NCBI GenBank assembly: GCA_038227875.1
Contig: JBBRPR010000021.1
Location: 32,001 to 96,000 of the forward strand
Direction of reading: 5' to 3'
DNA length: 64,000 nt
Source of the DNA: Planctomycetota bacterium
Lineage (GTDB): Bacteria > Planctomycetota > SZUA-567 > H5-PLA8
Part shown: positions 28,333 to 38,203 of the stretch, one piece after another
Layout of the letters: the number at the start of each line of letters is the position of its first letter
How positions within the stretch are numbered: position 1 is the stretch's first letter
Notes under the pieces: model-generated
What the model was told of the DNA's origin: nothing
Seen by the model: only the letters and a program-made list of their open reading frames with translations
Database searches by the model: none
Made by a program: the position numbers and the translations under genes

Positions 28333-30537
28333 TCAGGCCCACCGGCGCGTGAGGTAAAGTTCGACGAAGCACAGACCGATCGCGGCCATGATCAGGTATG
28401 GTGAAATTTCAATGCCACCGCCGTCGAGTCCGACCAGACGCGCCAGCGCGCTCCAGTCGGCCGCGTACTTCGCGCCGACATCGCGTTCGATCCGGTTCAG
28501 CTCTTCGGAGTTCAGACGTTTCAGCGCCGACTCACTGCGGTCGGCGTTGACGACGTAATAGACCTTCTCGTCCGGCGTGCCGTCTTCGGGCGCGACCATG
28601 TAGAGTCCGGGCTTCTCGGTCTCTTCGAACGAGAACACCGAGAGCGCCCCCTGGCTCTGGACCTTCAGCGGCAGCGGCTCGCCCTTGGGCGGCGTAAGCG
28701 TGTAGGTGCGATGCGCGAGTTCGCCGGTCGCGACGTGCGAGAGAATCTGGCCGACGGCAATGTTGCGCGGCGGAATCACGGTTGAGGCAAGATCGAGCAC
28801 GAGGTTCTGCATCAGCGGCACATAGAAGGGATGGAGCGGCAGGTCGGACCAGTCCTTGTCAATGGCCGTCGTCAGCAGCAGCACTTTCCCTTCGCCGAGC
28901 TTCTTCTGAACCAGTGCCGCCGCCCCGTTGCTGAATGTGGCGATGGTGCGGACGTCTTCCTTTCCTGAGGTGGGCGCCGTGTAGTAGTAATTTCGAATCG
29001 TGGACTTGGTCCAATCCTGTCCGCGTTCCGGTCGGAAAAGATCGAGCGATGGCGCATCGGTGACGATGCCGCCGAGATGAACTGCCTCTGCAAGTGGTGC
29101 AGACTTCGGCGCAGAGACCAGGCGGAACGAACTCTCCTCGCTGATTGGCCGCGCGGAACTCTCCAGCGGTACCGGCAACAGCCCCCCGCCCTGCCGGTAG
29201 AGATCGCGGTTGTACGCGTCGCGCTGGACCTTGTCGCCCAGTGAGACCATCAGACCGCCGCCGGCGACGACGAAGCGTTCCAGATCGGAGACCACCGACC
29301 CGGGCAGTGCCGCAACGTTCGCGAGGACGATCACGCGGTAGCGCGCCAGATCGGTGGAACGAATATCGGAGACGTCGATCACTGTCGGTTCGATCACCGT
29401 CCGCCATTGGGGATCGTCGCGGTCCTTGGGCGAGAGCGCCAATTTCAGGAACGCACTTTCGCTCGACAACGCCTGCTCGCGGTGGTCGCCGTCTACAATC
29501 AGAACTGGAAGCTTGTCGACGACAACGACACTGTAGAGCAGTTCATCGTCGTCCGGCAGCACGTCCTGCGCGCAGCGAAGATGACACGAAACGTAGTGCG
29601 AACCAGCGCTCTCGAATTTGTGTTCGAAGGCGAGCACTTGTTTCTCTTCAATCCCGAGATTGACTGTGCGCGTTGACTTCGGCGCGCCATCGACGGAGAA
29701 CGTAACCGCAACGTCGCTGACCGCTTCCGGACCGTCGTTGGCGATGGTAAAGTTGAACGACACCGGCGAGTAAATATCGATCACGGCGCGAGAGGGCTTC
29801 ACGTCGGTCATCGCCACGTTGATGCGGTGCTGGTCGCCGACCGAGGCGAGCACAATTGTCGGCGCGATGCGCGTGGAACGAATCGTGCTGCTCAGGTACG
29901 ACCAGCGTGTGCCGTCATCGAGCTGCCAACCGGACGCCTGCATGTCGGAAAAGAGAATCAGTTCGCGGTGCGGATTCTGGCGGGCTTCGAGCTCCTGCAT
30001 GCCCGCCGCAATGGCACGGGGCATGTCGGTCTTTTCATAGTGCGGCATGGCGGTTCGAATGATCTCGCGGACACGGTCGAGATCGAAGAGCGGCGTTGGA
30101 GGCGGACCTTTCGCGGCCGACGAGGTGAACATCACCGCGGCGTCGTCACCCTTCTTCAGCGTGTCGACGTAGCGGAGCGCCTGGTCGCGCGCTTCCAGCC
30201 AAGCGCTGCGCGGACGACCGGCGTCCATCGAGAAGGAATCGTCGAGCAGAATCAGCGCGCTGGTGTGGACGCTCGGACCGCGCGCGCCGCTCATCGCCCA
30301 ATTCAGGACCGGCCGCATCAGCGCCAGCGCGAGGCAGGCCACGATGCCGGCACGGACGAGGAGGAGCAGCAGTTCGTGCATACGGATGCGCTTGGCACGT
30401 TCGGCGACAAGTTCCTCGAGGAACATCATCGCGCCCCAGTCCATGTGCGTGACTTTGCTGCGGTGCAATAGATGAATGATGATCGGCGCGGAAACAGCGG
30501 CGAGTCCGCCGGCAAGGATCAGGTTGAGGAAAACCAT
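28333..30537 (-). CDS. BatA-domain/VWA membrane protein
   Basis: BatA N-terminus 'FLN...PIIIHLL', MIDAS 'DDSFSM', CARDB-like and GATase-like regions, C-terminal TM. Confidence 0.85.
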   Translation of the reverse strand: MVFLNLILAGGLAAVSAPIIIHLLHRSKVTHMDWGAMMFLEELVAERAKRIRMHELLLLLVRAGIVACLALALMRPVLNWAMSGARGPSVHTSALILLDDSFSMDAGRPRSAWLEARDQALRYVDTLKKGDDAAVMFTSSAAKGPPPTPLFDLDRVREIIRTAMPHYEKTDMPRAIAAGMQELEARQNPHRELILFSDMQASGWQLDDGTRWSYLSSTIRSTRIAPTIVLASVGDQHRINVAMTDVKPSRAVIDIYSPVSFNFTIANDGPEAVSDVAVTFSVDGAPKSTRTVNLGIEEKQVLAFEHKFESAGSHYVSCHLRCAQDVLPDDDELLYSVVVVDKLPVLIVDGDHREQALSSESAFLKLALSPKDRDDPQWRTVIEPTVIDVSDIRSTDLARYRVIVLANVAALPGSVVSDLERFVVAGGGLMVSLGDKVQRDAYNRDLYRQGGGLLPVPLESSARPISEESSFRLVSAPKSAPLAEAVHLGGIVTDAPSLDLFRPERGQDWTKSTIRNYYYTAPTSGKEDVRTIATFSNGAAALVQKKLGEGKVLLLTTAIDKDWSDLPLHPFYVPLMQNLVLDLASTVIPPRNIAVGQILSHVATGELAHRTYTLTPPKGEPLPLKVQSQGALSVFSFEETEKPGLYMVAPEDGTPDEKVYYVVNADRSESALKRLNSEELNRIERDVGAKYAADWSALARLVGLDGGGIEISPYLIMAAIGLCFVELYLTRRWA

Positions 30538-31431
30538 TTACTTCCCCCGCCTGTGCATCAGGTATTGGGTGAGCGCCTGATCGAACGGCTTGTCGGTGCT
30601 CAGCATGACGTGATCGAAGTGAAACTGGTGGCAGGTTTCTTTGAGCTTGCGCGTGAACGCTTCGAAACGCTCCAGGTAATGTTTGCGCACGCGGGACGCA
30701 TCGAGTTTCACGCGGTGATTGTCGCGCTCGAGGCTGCGAAATTCCGCCACGCTGTCGAAGGGGAAAGTGACTTCGTGCGGGTCGACGATTTGGAGCAGGA
30801 TGACTTCGTGGCGGTGGTGATGGAAATGGGCGAGCGCGTTTTTCAGGTCGTCCATCGGCGCAAAGAGATCGGAGATCACAATTACCAGACCGCGGCGCTT
30901 CAACTGCGCGCTGAGCGAATGGAGAATCTTGGCCAGATTTGTTTCGTTACCTGGCTCCAGCTTCGCCAGCACCTTCATCAGGTTCATATAATGGCTGCTG
31001 GTCGAGCGCGGCGGGACGTGCGTGCGGATGTCGGTGTCGAAGGTAACAAGCCCAACAGAATCCGACTGCCCAATCATCAGGTGCGCCAGCGCCGCGGCGA
31101 CTTTCCGCGCGTAAACGAATTTCTGCTCGCCGCCCCCGGCGTACTTCATCGAGCCGCTGGCATCGAGCAAAATCGTGGCGCGGAGATTCGTCTCTTCTTC
31201 GTACTGTTTGATGAACAACCGGTCACTCTTGCCGAAGACCTTCCAGTCGATGTGGCGGATTTCGTCGCCGCGCGCGTACTGGCGGTGCTGCGCGAATTCG
31301 ACGCTGAAACCTTTGTAGACACTGCGGTGCTGCCCCGCGATGAAGCTCTCGACGACCGTGCGCGCGATCAGCTGCAAACTCGCTACGCGCTCAAGCGCAC
31401 TAGGGTCGACGATTTCCGCTTCCTGGGCCAT
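30538..31431 (-). CDS. DUF58 family protein
   Basis: 'GQHRSVYKGFSVEFAQHRQY..GDEIRHIDWK', 'YEEETN', 'DASGSM', 'ISD'. Confidence 0.92.
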   Translation of the reverse strand: MAQEAEIVDPSALERVASLQLIARTVVESFIAGQHRSVYKGFSVEFAQHRQYARGDEIRHIDWKVFGKSDRLFIKQYEEETNLRATILLDASGSMKYAGGGEQKFVYARKVAAALAHLMIGQSDSVGLVTFDTDIRTHVPPRSTSSHYMNLMKVLAKLEPGNETNLAKILHSLSAQLKRRGLVIVISDLFAPMDDLKNALAHFHHHRHEVILLQIVDPHEVTFPFDSVAEFRSLERDNHRVKLDASRVRKHYLERFEAFTRKLKETCHQFHFDHVMLSTDKPFDQALTQYLMHRRGK

Positions 31432-31480
31432 GACGGGAGCTCACAAAAGAGGGAGAGAGCGAACGCAAACTCGGCACGAG

Positions 31481-32530
31481 CTACGCTTTGGGCGCGGCTT
31501 CCTTCTTCGGTTCGCCGTTGCGGACAGTTTCGAGCACGCGGTCGATGATCATGTCCTGAGTCAGGCCTTCGCTTTCGGCCGCGAAGTTCAGAACGATGCG
31601 GTGGCGCAGCACCGGTTTGGCCAGCGCCGCGACATCTTCAATCGTGGCGTGGAAGCGGCCGTAAAGCAACGCGCGCGCTTTCGCTCCGAGCAGCAGATAC
31701 TGCGCGGCGCGCGGACCGGCACCCCAGTCGAGCCAGCGCTTCACCTCGGAGGCCGCGCCGGGTTCGTTGACACGGGTCGCGCGGACCAGGTCGACGGCGA
31801 ACGCGTAGACATGATCGCCGAGCGGAACCTTGCGCACGATCTCCTGCAAGCCAAGCAGTTCCTGCGCGGTGAAAACCGGCGAGAGTGTCGCCGAGTAGGC
31901 GCTGGTCGTGCGGCGCATGATGTTGATTTCGTCCTCGCGCGTCGGGTAGCCCACGTTGACCATGAACATGAAGCGATCGAGCTGCGCTTCGGGGAGCGGA
32001 TAAGTACCTTCCTGTTCGATCGGATTCTGAGTCGCGAGTACGAAGAACGGCGCGGGCAGCTCGTACGTTTTCGAACCGACCGTGACGCGGCGTTCCTGCA
32101 TCGCCTCGAGCAGCGCCGCCTGAGTCTTGGGCGGCGTGCGGTTGATTTCGTCGGCGAGAAGCAGGTTGGTAAAGAGCGGGCCGCGGAAGAACTCGGTCTT
32201 GCGGCGGCCGGTTTCGGCATCTTCCTGGATGATGTCCGTGCCGGTGATGTCGCTGGGCATCAAATCGGGCGTGAACTGGATGCGCGAGAAATTGAGATGG
32301 AGCGCCTTGCCCAGGGTGTTGACCAGCGCCGTCTTGGCGAGTCCCGGCACACCGACCATCAGGCAGTGGCCTTTGCAGAAAATGGCCATCAGAATCTGTT
32401 CGATCACGTCGTCCTGGCCGACGATGATCTTGTGGACTTCTTCGGTGAGCTTGTCGCGCGCTTCGCCGAGCTTTTTAGCCAGCGCCAGTTCATCCTGCGT
32501 CGGGGGCGGAACAACCAGATCGTCGCTCAT
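31481..32530 (-). CDS. moxR: MoxR-family AAA+ ATPase
   Basis: Walker A 'GVPGLAKT', 'RIQFTPDLMPSD', Walker B 'LLADEINR', 'ATQNPIEQEGTYPLPEAQLDRF'. Confidence 0.95.
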   Translation of the reverse strand: MSDDLVVPPPTQDELALAKKLGEARDKLTEEVHKIIVGQDDVIEQILMAIFCKGHCLMVGVPGLAKTALVNTLGKALHLNFSRIQFTPDLMPSDITGTDIIQEDAETGRRKTEFFRGPLFTNLLLADEINRTPPKTQAALLEAMQERRVTVGSKTYELPAPFFVLATQNPIEQEGTYPLPEAQLDRFMFMVNVGYPTREDEINIMRRTTSAYSATLSPVFTAQELLGLQEIVRKVPLGDHVYAFAVDLVRATRVNEPGAASEVKRWLDWGAGPRAAQYLLLGAKARALLYGRFHATIEDVAALAKPVLRHRIVLNFAAESEGLTQDMIIDRVLETVRNGEPKKEAAPKA

Positions 32531-32592
32531 CGAACGCGTCTCCAGTAATAGTGGTGCGCATCAGCTCAAACTTGTCGGAGCTTTCACCATTA

Positions 32593-33549
32593 CTACCGTT
32601 CGACACGTGCAGCGTTGAAACGAACATCCTTTTTTTGTGGACCGGCCAGGCGGACTCCCGGGTAGAGCGTCCCATGGAGCGGGCGGGACGCCGGTCCCTC
32701 GAAAAAGACCTCCCCATTGACCAGCACGCGTACGCGGCCGCCGAGGTGCTCCAGCCGGACCTGGTAGAAATGCGCCTCGGCGTTGGAGACTGGGCGCGAT
32801 TGGAGCAACTGATGATCCGGCCCGCTGGCGAAGACGCCATCGCGGGTGATTTCCAGCGTCAGTGCCTGCGCCGGTTGGACGCTGGGCGTGAACGCCGGCG
32901 ACTGACCGCCTTCGGCCAGAAAGACGACGGCTTTCGAACGCTCATCCAGGCCCGGAACACCCACTTCGATCTGGAACGCAATCGCATGATCGGCGTCGTA
33001 ACCGTTCTGCAGATAGATGGCGCCCGCGTCTTCAGATCCGCCCGCTTTCAGGCCATCTTTGCCGGGTTCCCACGCGCCATCGCCGACCAGTTCCCAGCCG
33101 ATCAGTTTCGGTTCCTTGAGCGTCGCCGAGTAGGCGACGTTGTGCCCGAGGCTCAGCGCCTGATCGCCGCCAAATTTCGGCAGGCCGATAAAACTGATCG
33201 CCAGAATCAGCGCGCCAAGCGCGGCGACGATCGCGACTACCAGACCGATGATCGTCTTGCGACGGCCAAGATCGCTTTCGAGCATCACGGTGCGGAAATG
33301 CGGCGGCGCGGAGGGCAGTTTCGAAGCAACGGCGGTGCGGATTTTCGCGGTCAGTTCCGCGGACGGTTTTTCGTTGCGCCAATCCTTGCTGCCCACCAGC
33401 AGCGAGACCACTTCGTCGAGTTCCGCACAGAACTGGCGCAGCTCGGGATCGCCGGCAGACGCGGCGTCGAGCGACTGGCGCGCGCGGTTGTCCAGGCCGG
33501 TGAGGGCGCGGACGATCAATTCCTGAAGTGACGCATCATCGGGGGACAT
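32593..33549 (-). CDS. Putative anti-sigma factor: short cytoplasmic domain, one TM, extracytoplasmic beta-sandwich
   Basis: ATG at 33549 overlaps the sigma stop (TGATG); TM 'IIGLVVAIVAALGALILAISFIGL'. Confidence 0.65.
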   Translation of the reverse strand: MSPDDASLQELIVRALTGLDNRARQSLDAASAGDPELRQFCAELDEVVSLLVGSKDWRNEKPSAELTAKIRTAVASKLPSAPPHFRTVMLESDLGRRKTIIGLVVAIVAALGALILAISFIGLPKFGGDQALSLGHNVAYSATLKEPKLIGWELVGDGAWEPGKDGLKAGGSEDAGAIYLQNGYDADHAIAFQIEVGVPGLDERSKAVVFLAEGGQSPAFTPSVQPAQALTLEITRDGVFASGPDHQLLQSRPVSNAEAHFYQVRLEHLGGRVRVLVNGEVFFEGPASRPLHGTLYPGVRLAGPQKKDVRFNAARVER

Positions 33550-34202
33550 CAGGGCTGCTCCTTCAGACGATCGCGCAGTTTTCGCAGGGCATGGAAGACG
33601 CGTGAGCGCAGCGTGCTTTCGGGATCTCCGGTGATCGCGGCTGCTTCTTCGTACGAGAATCCGTTGAACATGATCAGAACCAGAATTTCGCGGTGCAGCG
33701 GCGGAAGATCCTGGAGCGCATTGAGCATGCGCGCTTTCTGTTCCTGCATCTCCGCCCGGTTGCTGGGATCGTTGGCGTTGCCCGGCGACGAGGGCGGATT
33801 CCAATCGGAGAGATCCGTCTGCACTTCCAGATCCGAACGCAGTCGCGTTTTCTTCAGCGCGTTGAGCGTGACGTTGCGCGCGATGGTGAAGAGCCACGGG
33901 CGGATCGCGGTGCCGGGGCGGAAATCCTTGGCATGCGTCAACACTCTCAAAAAAGTTTCCTGCAGCAGATCTTCCGGATCGTATTTGCCAACCGTCAGCC
34001 GCGAGATGAACGACAGCAGCGTGCCGCTGTGCCGCGCAAAGAGTTCATCGAATGCCGCGCCTTCGCCTTCCGAAAGGATGCGCAGCAACACTTCATCGCT
34101 GAGGCTGGTCAACGCAGGACCGTTTCCATCTGACGTGACAGACGGATTCGCCCGTGGCGGCTGGCTGATCGCTGGTTTTTGCGGTTCGGGACGGCCCGGC
34201 AC
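33549..34202 (-). CDS. ECF sigma-70 factor
   Basis: 'EDLLQETFL', 'WLFTIARN', 'GFSYEEAA...TLRSRVFHAL'. Confidence 0.92.
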   Translation of the reverse strand: MPGRPEPQKPAISQPPRANPSVTSDGNGPALTSLSDEVLLRILSEGEGAAFDELFARHSGTLLSFISRLTVGKYDPEDLLQETFLRVLTHAKDFRPGTAIRPWLFTIARNVTLNALKKTRLRSDLEVQTDLSDWNPPSSPGNANDPSNRAEMQEQKARMLNALQDLPPLHREILVLIMFNGFSYEEAAAITGDPESTLRSRVFHALRKLRDRLKEQP

Positions 34203-34305
34203 GTCAGATCCTCTTTCCCTTCTACATCTTTAGTCTGAGCACGTTGCAGAGTGTAGGAAGAATTTCAAATTTGCGCGTGCAGATTAGTCATTCCGTTGCG
34301 CCGAC

Positions 34306-34337
34306 AAAAAAAGCGCGCCGGTTTCCCGGCGCGCTTT
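34306..34337 (-). terminator. Intrinsic terminator of the putative selenoprotein gene
   Basis: Minus strand AAAGCGCGCCGG-GAAA-CCGGCGCGC-TTTTTTT, 22 nt after the stop. Confidence 0.85.
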
Positions 34338-34359
34338 ACTGCAATAGGACTGACTCCCT

Positions 34360-35373
34360 TTATTTGTACGCACTCATCAACTCGTCGGCATTCGCAGCCG
34401 CCGCGGTGCCTGGATACCGCTGGATCAACTGCGTGCAGCCGCCGATGAGAATTTGAATCGTCTGCGCGTTGATCTTGCGGAAGCCTTCACTCTTGGGATC
34501 GCGTTGTCCCTGGAACGCCTTCATTTGATTGTTGAAGAGCTCGACCTTCTTCCACATTTCGTCGGCTTCCATCTCCTTCTTTACTTTCGGATCCTTCTTC
34601 AGCGTGTCGGATTCCTTCTTCGCGTTGGTGGCGATTTCATCGCCGGAATAACGGACTACCAACTTGTCGAAACGCGCGATGGCGCCCAGCGGGTTGCTGT
34701 CCTTCTCCGCCACGGCGCTGTCGAACGTTTCTTTTGCGGCGCCGTGAATGGCGTCGTACATCAGCTTGGCTTCGGCGGCTTCTTCAGCGTCCTTGCCGTC
34801 CTTCTTTGTCGCGAGGACCTTCAATGCCTGGCCGAGGTTCTGCCCATTCTTGATTGCGGCCGCCAGGGGCGCAAGCTTCTTGTACGGGCCCTCGCCGAGA
34901 TAAACGACCGACGATTCCAGCAGGAGGACCTTAATCTTGTCCTCGAGCACCTTGCCCATCATGTTCTCGCCGGCCAGCGTTCCGTCCGGTCCGAGCAGAT
35001 AGGTGTGAGGAATCCCTTCAACCACCGCGCCGGCGAGTTCGCCGCCAACGGTGCACTGATACGTAATGCCTTTGGATTTCGCAAACGTCTGAATATCAGC
35101 GGCTGGCGTGCCCTGCGCTTCCAGGCCGATGATGTGAAAACCTTGTTCGGAGTACTTCTTGTAAAGTCCCGCCAACTGCGGGATCTCAGCGACGCACGCC
35201 CCTCAATGCGTTCCCCAGTACACGACCAGCGTGCACTTTCCCTTGAGATCTTTCTGTTGAAGATCCGGACCGACTGCGGTTTTACCGAGTTTCAAACCGG
35301 CCAGGCTGACACTGGCGGCGTTGGCAGTCGCAGCAAGAGCACATAGAACAAAGGCAACAAGCGATAAACGCAT
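34360..35373 (-). CDS. Secreted TlpA/redoxin (thioredoxin-fold) probable selenoprotein, 337 aa, U57-G-A-C60, with helical C-terminal domain
   Basis: Track ORFs 35203..35481 and 34360..35175 share one frame and are separated only by TGA (35203-35205): KGKCTLVVYWGTH-TGA-GACVAEIPQLAGLYKKY; cis-Pro loop 'GIPHTYLLGPDG'; AAGGAG RBS; signal peptide. Confidence 0.85.
35167..35183 (-). promoter_or_regulatory. Candidate bacterial SECIS hairpin
   Basis: mRNA UCCCGC-AGUUG-GCGGGA; stem starts 20 nt and loop 26 nt after the UGA; G at loop position 2. Confidence 0.6.
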
Positions 35374-35559
35374 GTGAATCTCCTTAAAAGGTACGTGTCG
35401 AATTTTATAGCACAGAGTTGCACATATTTCTTCTCCTTTATGGGCAAATTTGAATAGCACACTCGACTTTGGCGCGGGCAAATCTGCCCGCGCCCGAGGT
35501 GCGTTCTCCCCGTGCCGAGCTTGTTGAAATGGCTTGTCCCCGATACATTACGTCCACCC

Positions 35560-36738
35560 ATGGAAAACGCTCAGACGACTGCCCCGCCCCCGTTTGAACT
35601 CACGATTGTCATGCCGTGTCTCAACGAGGCGGAGACGCTGGAAGTCTGCATCCGCAAGGCAATGTCGTTTCTCAAAACAAACGCTATCAACGGCGAAGTC
35701 CTGATCGGCGATAACGGTTCCACCGACGGTTCCCAGGAGATCGCCCGGCGCTGCGGTGCGCGCGTCGTCGATGTTCCGGTTCGCGGTTATGGCGCGGCAC
35801 TCTTTCACGCCACGCATGCGGCACGCAGCAGTTACGTGATCATGGGCGATTCCGACGACAGCTACGACTTCACCTCGCTGATGCCATTTGTCGAAAAGCT
35901 GCGCGCGGGCTTTGAGCTCGTGATGGGCAACCGCTTTCAAGGTGGCATCAAGCCCGGCGCAATGCCGTGGAAGAACCGCTACATCGGCAATCCGGCGTTA
36001 TCGGGCATCGGCATGCTGCTGTTCCACTGCCCCGCATCTGATTTCCACTGCGGGCTGCGGGGCTATTCGCTCGAAGCATTCAAGCGCATGGATCTGCGCA
36101 CGACCGGGATGGAATTCGCCTCCGAGATGGTGATCAAGGCGACGCTGATGAAGATGAAGATCGCGGAGGTGCCGACGACGCTGAGCCCCGATGGCCGCTC
36201 GCGGCCGCCGCACCTCCGTCCGTGGCGCGATGGCTGGCGGCATTTGCGCTTCATGCTGCTGTGCAGTCCGCGCTGGTTGTTTCTGTATCCCGGCATCGTG
36301 ACGACAATGGCGGGATTGGCGGTGCTCGCGTGGCTGCTGCCCGGGCCGCGGCGGGTCGGCGATTTCACGCTGGACGTCCACACGCTGCTTTATGCGGCAA
36401 TGGCGATCTGTGTGGGCTTTCAGGCCATTGCATTTTCGCTTTTCGCGCGCATCTTCGCGATCCGTGAAGGCGTGTTACCGTCCAGCCCGCGCATGGAGCG
36501 GCTGATGCGCACGCTCAACCTGGATCTTGGCGTCGTGATCGGCGTGATCCTCACCCTGATCGGCCTGACCGGAGCGGTCTTCAGCGTCGTGAATTGGGGT
36601 CGGCATTCGTTCGGTGATCTGGATCCGCATCAAACGCTGCGACTGGTGATTCCTTCGGTGCTCAGCTTCATGGTGGGCTGCCAGATTGTGCTGTCGAGTT
36701 GCTTCATGAGCGTACTGGGGTTGGGCGTGCGCAAATGA
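35560..36738 (+). CDS. GT2 polyprenol-phosphate glycosyltransferase (DPM1/GtrB-like) with C-terminal TMs
   Basis: 'IVMPCLNE', 'DNGSTDGS', 'RGYG', DxD 'GDSDDSY', 'DFHCGLR', 'RDGWRHLR'. Confidence 0.9.
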   Translation: MENAQTTAPPPFELTIVMPCLNEAETLEVCIRKAMSFLKTNAINGEVLIGDNGSTDGSQEIARRCGARVVDVPVRGYGAALFHATHAARSSYVIMGDSDDSYDFTSLMPFVEKLRAGFELVMGNRFQGGIKPGAMPWKNRYIGNPALSGIGMLLFHCPASDFHCGLRGYSLEAFKRMDLRTTGMEFASEMVIKATLMKMKIAEVPTTLSPDGRSRPPHLRPWRDGWRHLRFMLLCSPRWLFLYPGIVTTMAGLAVLAWLLPGPRRVGDFTLDVHTLLYAAMAICVGFQAIAFSLFARIFAIREGVLPSSPRMERLMRTLNLDLGVVIGVILTLIGLTGAVFSVVNWGRHSFGDLDPHQTLRLVIPSVLSFMVGCQIVLSSCFMSVLGLGVRK

Positions 36739-38144
36739 TCGCGCGCTCAACTCGCCTGTTTATTTTCCTCGGCGCTTTTCTGCTTTTCCTGACGTTTTTC
36801 AAAGGCGACGGCGGCTACCACGACCTGGTTTACTATCTCGACGACGCTCAAGGCCTCTGGCTGCGCGGCGACATGGCGCGTCCGGACGAGTTTGAAGAGA
36901 TCGACCAGCCGGATGGCTCGGTCGTCGAGCGGCCGGTGTACAGCCAGTACGCACTGGGGCTGGCGTTTGTCTCTGGCCCGTTTGTGCTGCTTGGCCGCGG
37001 CCTGGAACGATTGACCAACGGCGCGATCCACGCGCGGGCAGTGGCCGTGCTGATTATTCCACTTCTCGGCGCGCTCTCCGCGCTGCTGCTGTTTGAAATC
37101 GGACGAGCGTTGAACGTTTCAGCTCCGGCAAGCATGTGGGCGGCCACGCTGTTCGTGCTCGGCACTCCGGCCCTGACGTTCACGCGGTTGTTTTACACGG
37201 AAACAGCGATCGTCTTCTTTCTGCTGTTCGCGGTATGGGCCTATTTGAAAACGCAGGATCGAACGCTTTCGCCGTGGCGAGCGCTCCTCTGGTCATTGCT
37301 GGCAGGAGCTGGATTGGCCGGCGCTGGCGCGTGTCACTATGCCGAAGGCGTAACCGTCGCGATGCTATGGCTGGGTATGGCCGGTACATTCCTGCTGATC
37401 AACGAGATCCGGCCAGACCGCTCGCGCGTGTTGAACGTATTTGCGCTCTCAACACTGCCGATTCTCGCGGTGAGTACAATTCTTTACGTCAACTACCTGC
37501 GGCGCGGACATTTTCTGGATACCGGTTACAGCAGCGATGTCGCGGAAATCTCGCTGAGGAATATCGCTTACAACTGGCGCTACTTCTTCTTCGCTGTGGA
37601 AACAAAAGTGAAGCTGGGTTTATTTCTGCGCAGCCCTTGGATTGTGCTCGGAGCCGCCGCACTGCTGGCGTCGCAACGGGACGCGGAATCAATCTGGCTG
37701 CGCCGCGCGTTGGTCGCCGCGGGCTTGCTGCAAACTTTGTTTTGGATGAGCTACGCGATGCTCGGCTTTTCGCCCGTCCGTTATCTCTACCCCACGACTG
37801 GCATGCTCTCAGTCGCGTTGCTCTGTCTTGGCGCGCAGATCGAAGCACGCTGGCGGATGCGTGGTTTGTATCTTTCAGGATTGCTGCTCATCGCGTGCAA
37901 TTTGTATTTCTTCTTCGCCGGAGATGATCGCAACTTGTCGCTGATGTTTGCCCCGGACACACACGCGCTATCGCTATATTCATGGTATATGCGACCGTTC
38001 CCTAACGGAATTCTCGACGGTTATGGAACTGAACTGGGAGTCAGGCAATGGTTTGTACTCTTCACGCTTGCCGGTTTCGGAATTTTCTGCCTCGCGCACG
38101 CGTGGTTTCGAATTTTGCGCGCTAATCTTAATCACACTGATTGA
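36735..38144 (+). CDS. Polytopic GT-C-like membrane glycosyltransferase
   Basis: ATGA overlap with the GT2 gene; about 11 TMs; 'YSQYALG', 'FYTE', 'RYLYP'. Confidence 0.65.
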   Translation: MIARSTRLFIFLGAFLLFLTFFKGDGGYHDLVYYLDDAQGLWLRGDMARPDEFEEIDQPDGSVVERPVYSQYALGLAFVSGPFVLLGRGLERLTNGAIHARAVAVLIIPLLGALSALLLFEIGRALNVSAPASMWAATLFVLGTPALTFTRLFYTETAIVFFLLFAVWAYLKTQDRTLSPWRALLWSLLAGAGLAGAGACHYAEGVTVAMLWLGMAGTFLLINEIRPDRSRVLNVFALSTLPILAVSTILYVNYLRRGHFLDTGYSSDVAEISLRNIAYNWRYFFFAVETKVKLGLFLRSPWIVLGAAALLASQRDAESIWLRRALVAAGLLQTLFWMSYAMLGFSPVRYLYPTTGMLSVALLCLGAQIEARWRMRGLYLSGLLLIACNLYFFFAGDDRNLSLMFAPDTHALSLYSWYMRPFPNGILDGYGTELGVRQWFVLFTLAGFGIFCLAHAWFRILRANLNHTD

Positions 38145-38203
38145 TTCTGAGTCACCCCACTCTATAGTTACGCTGCGTCAGTTGTACTTTCTTGGGGTGT
38201 TTT

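Noticed and set aside
34360..35373. Genome-wide UGA reassignment, or a plain pseudogene
   Set aside because: TGA terminates many genes here, including ATGA/TGATG overlaps. The single TGA sits at the catalytic Cys position with a downstream hairpin and no other lesion.
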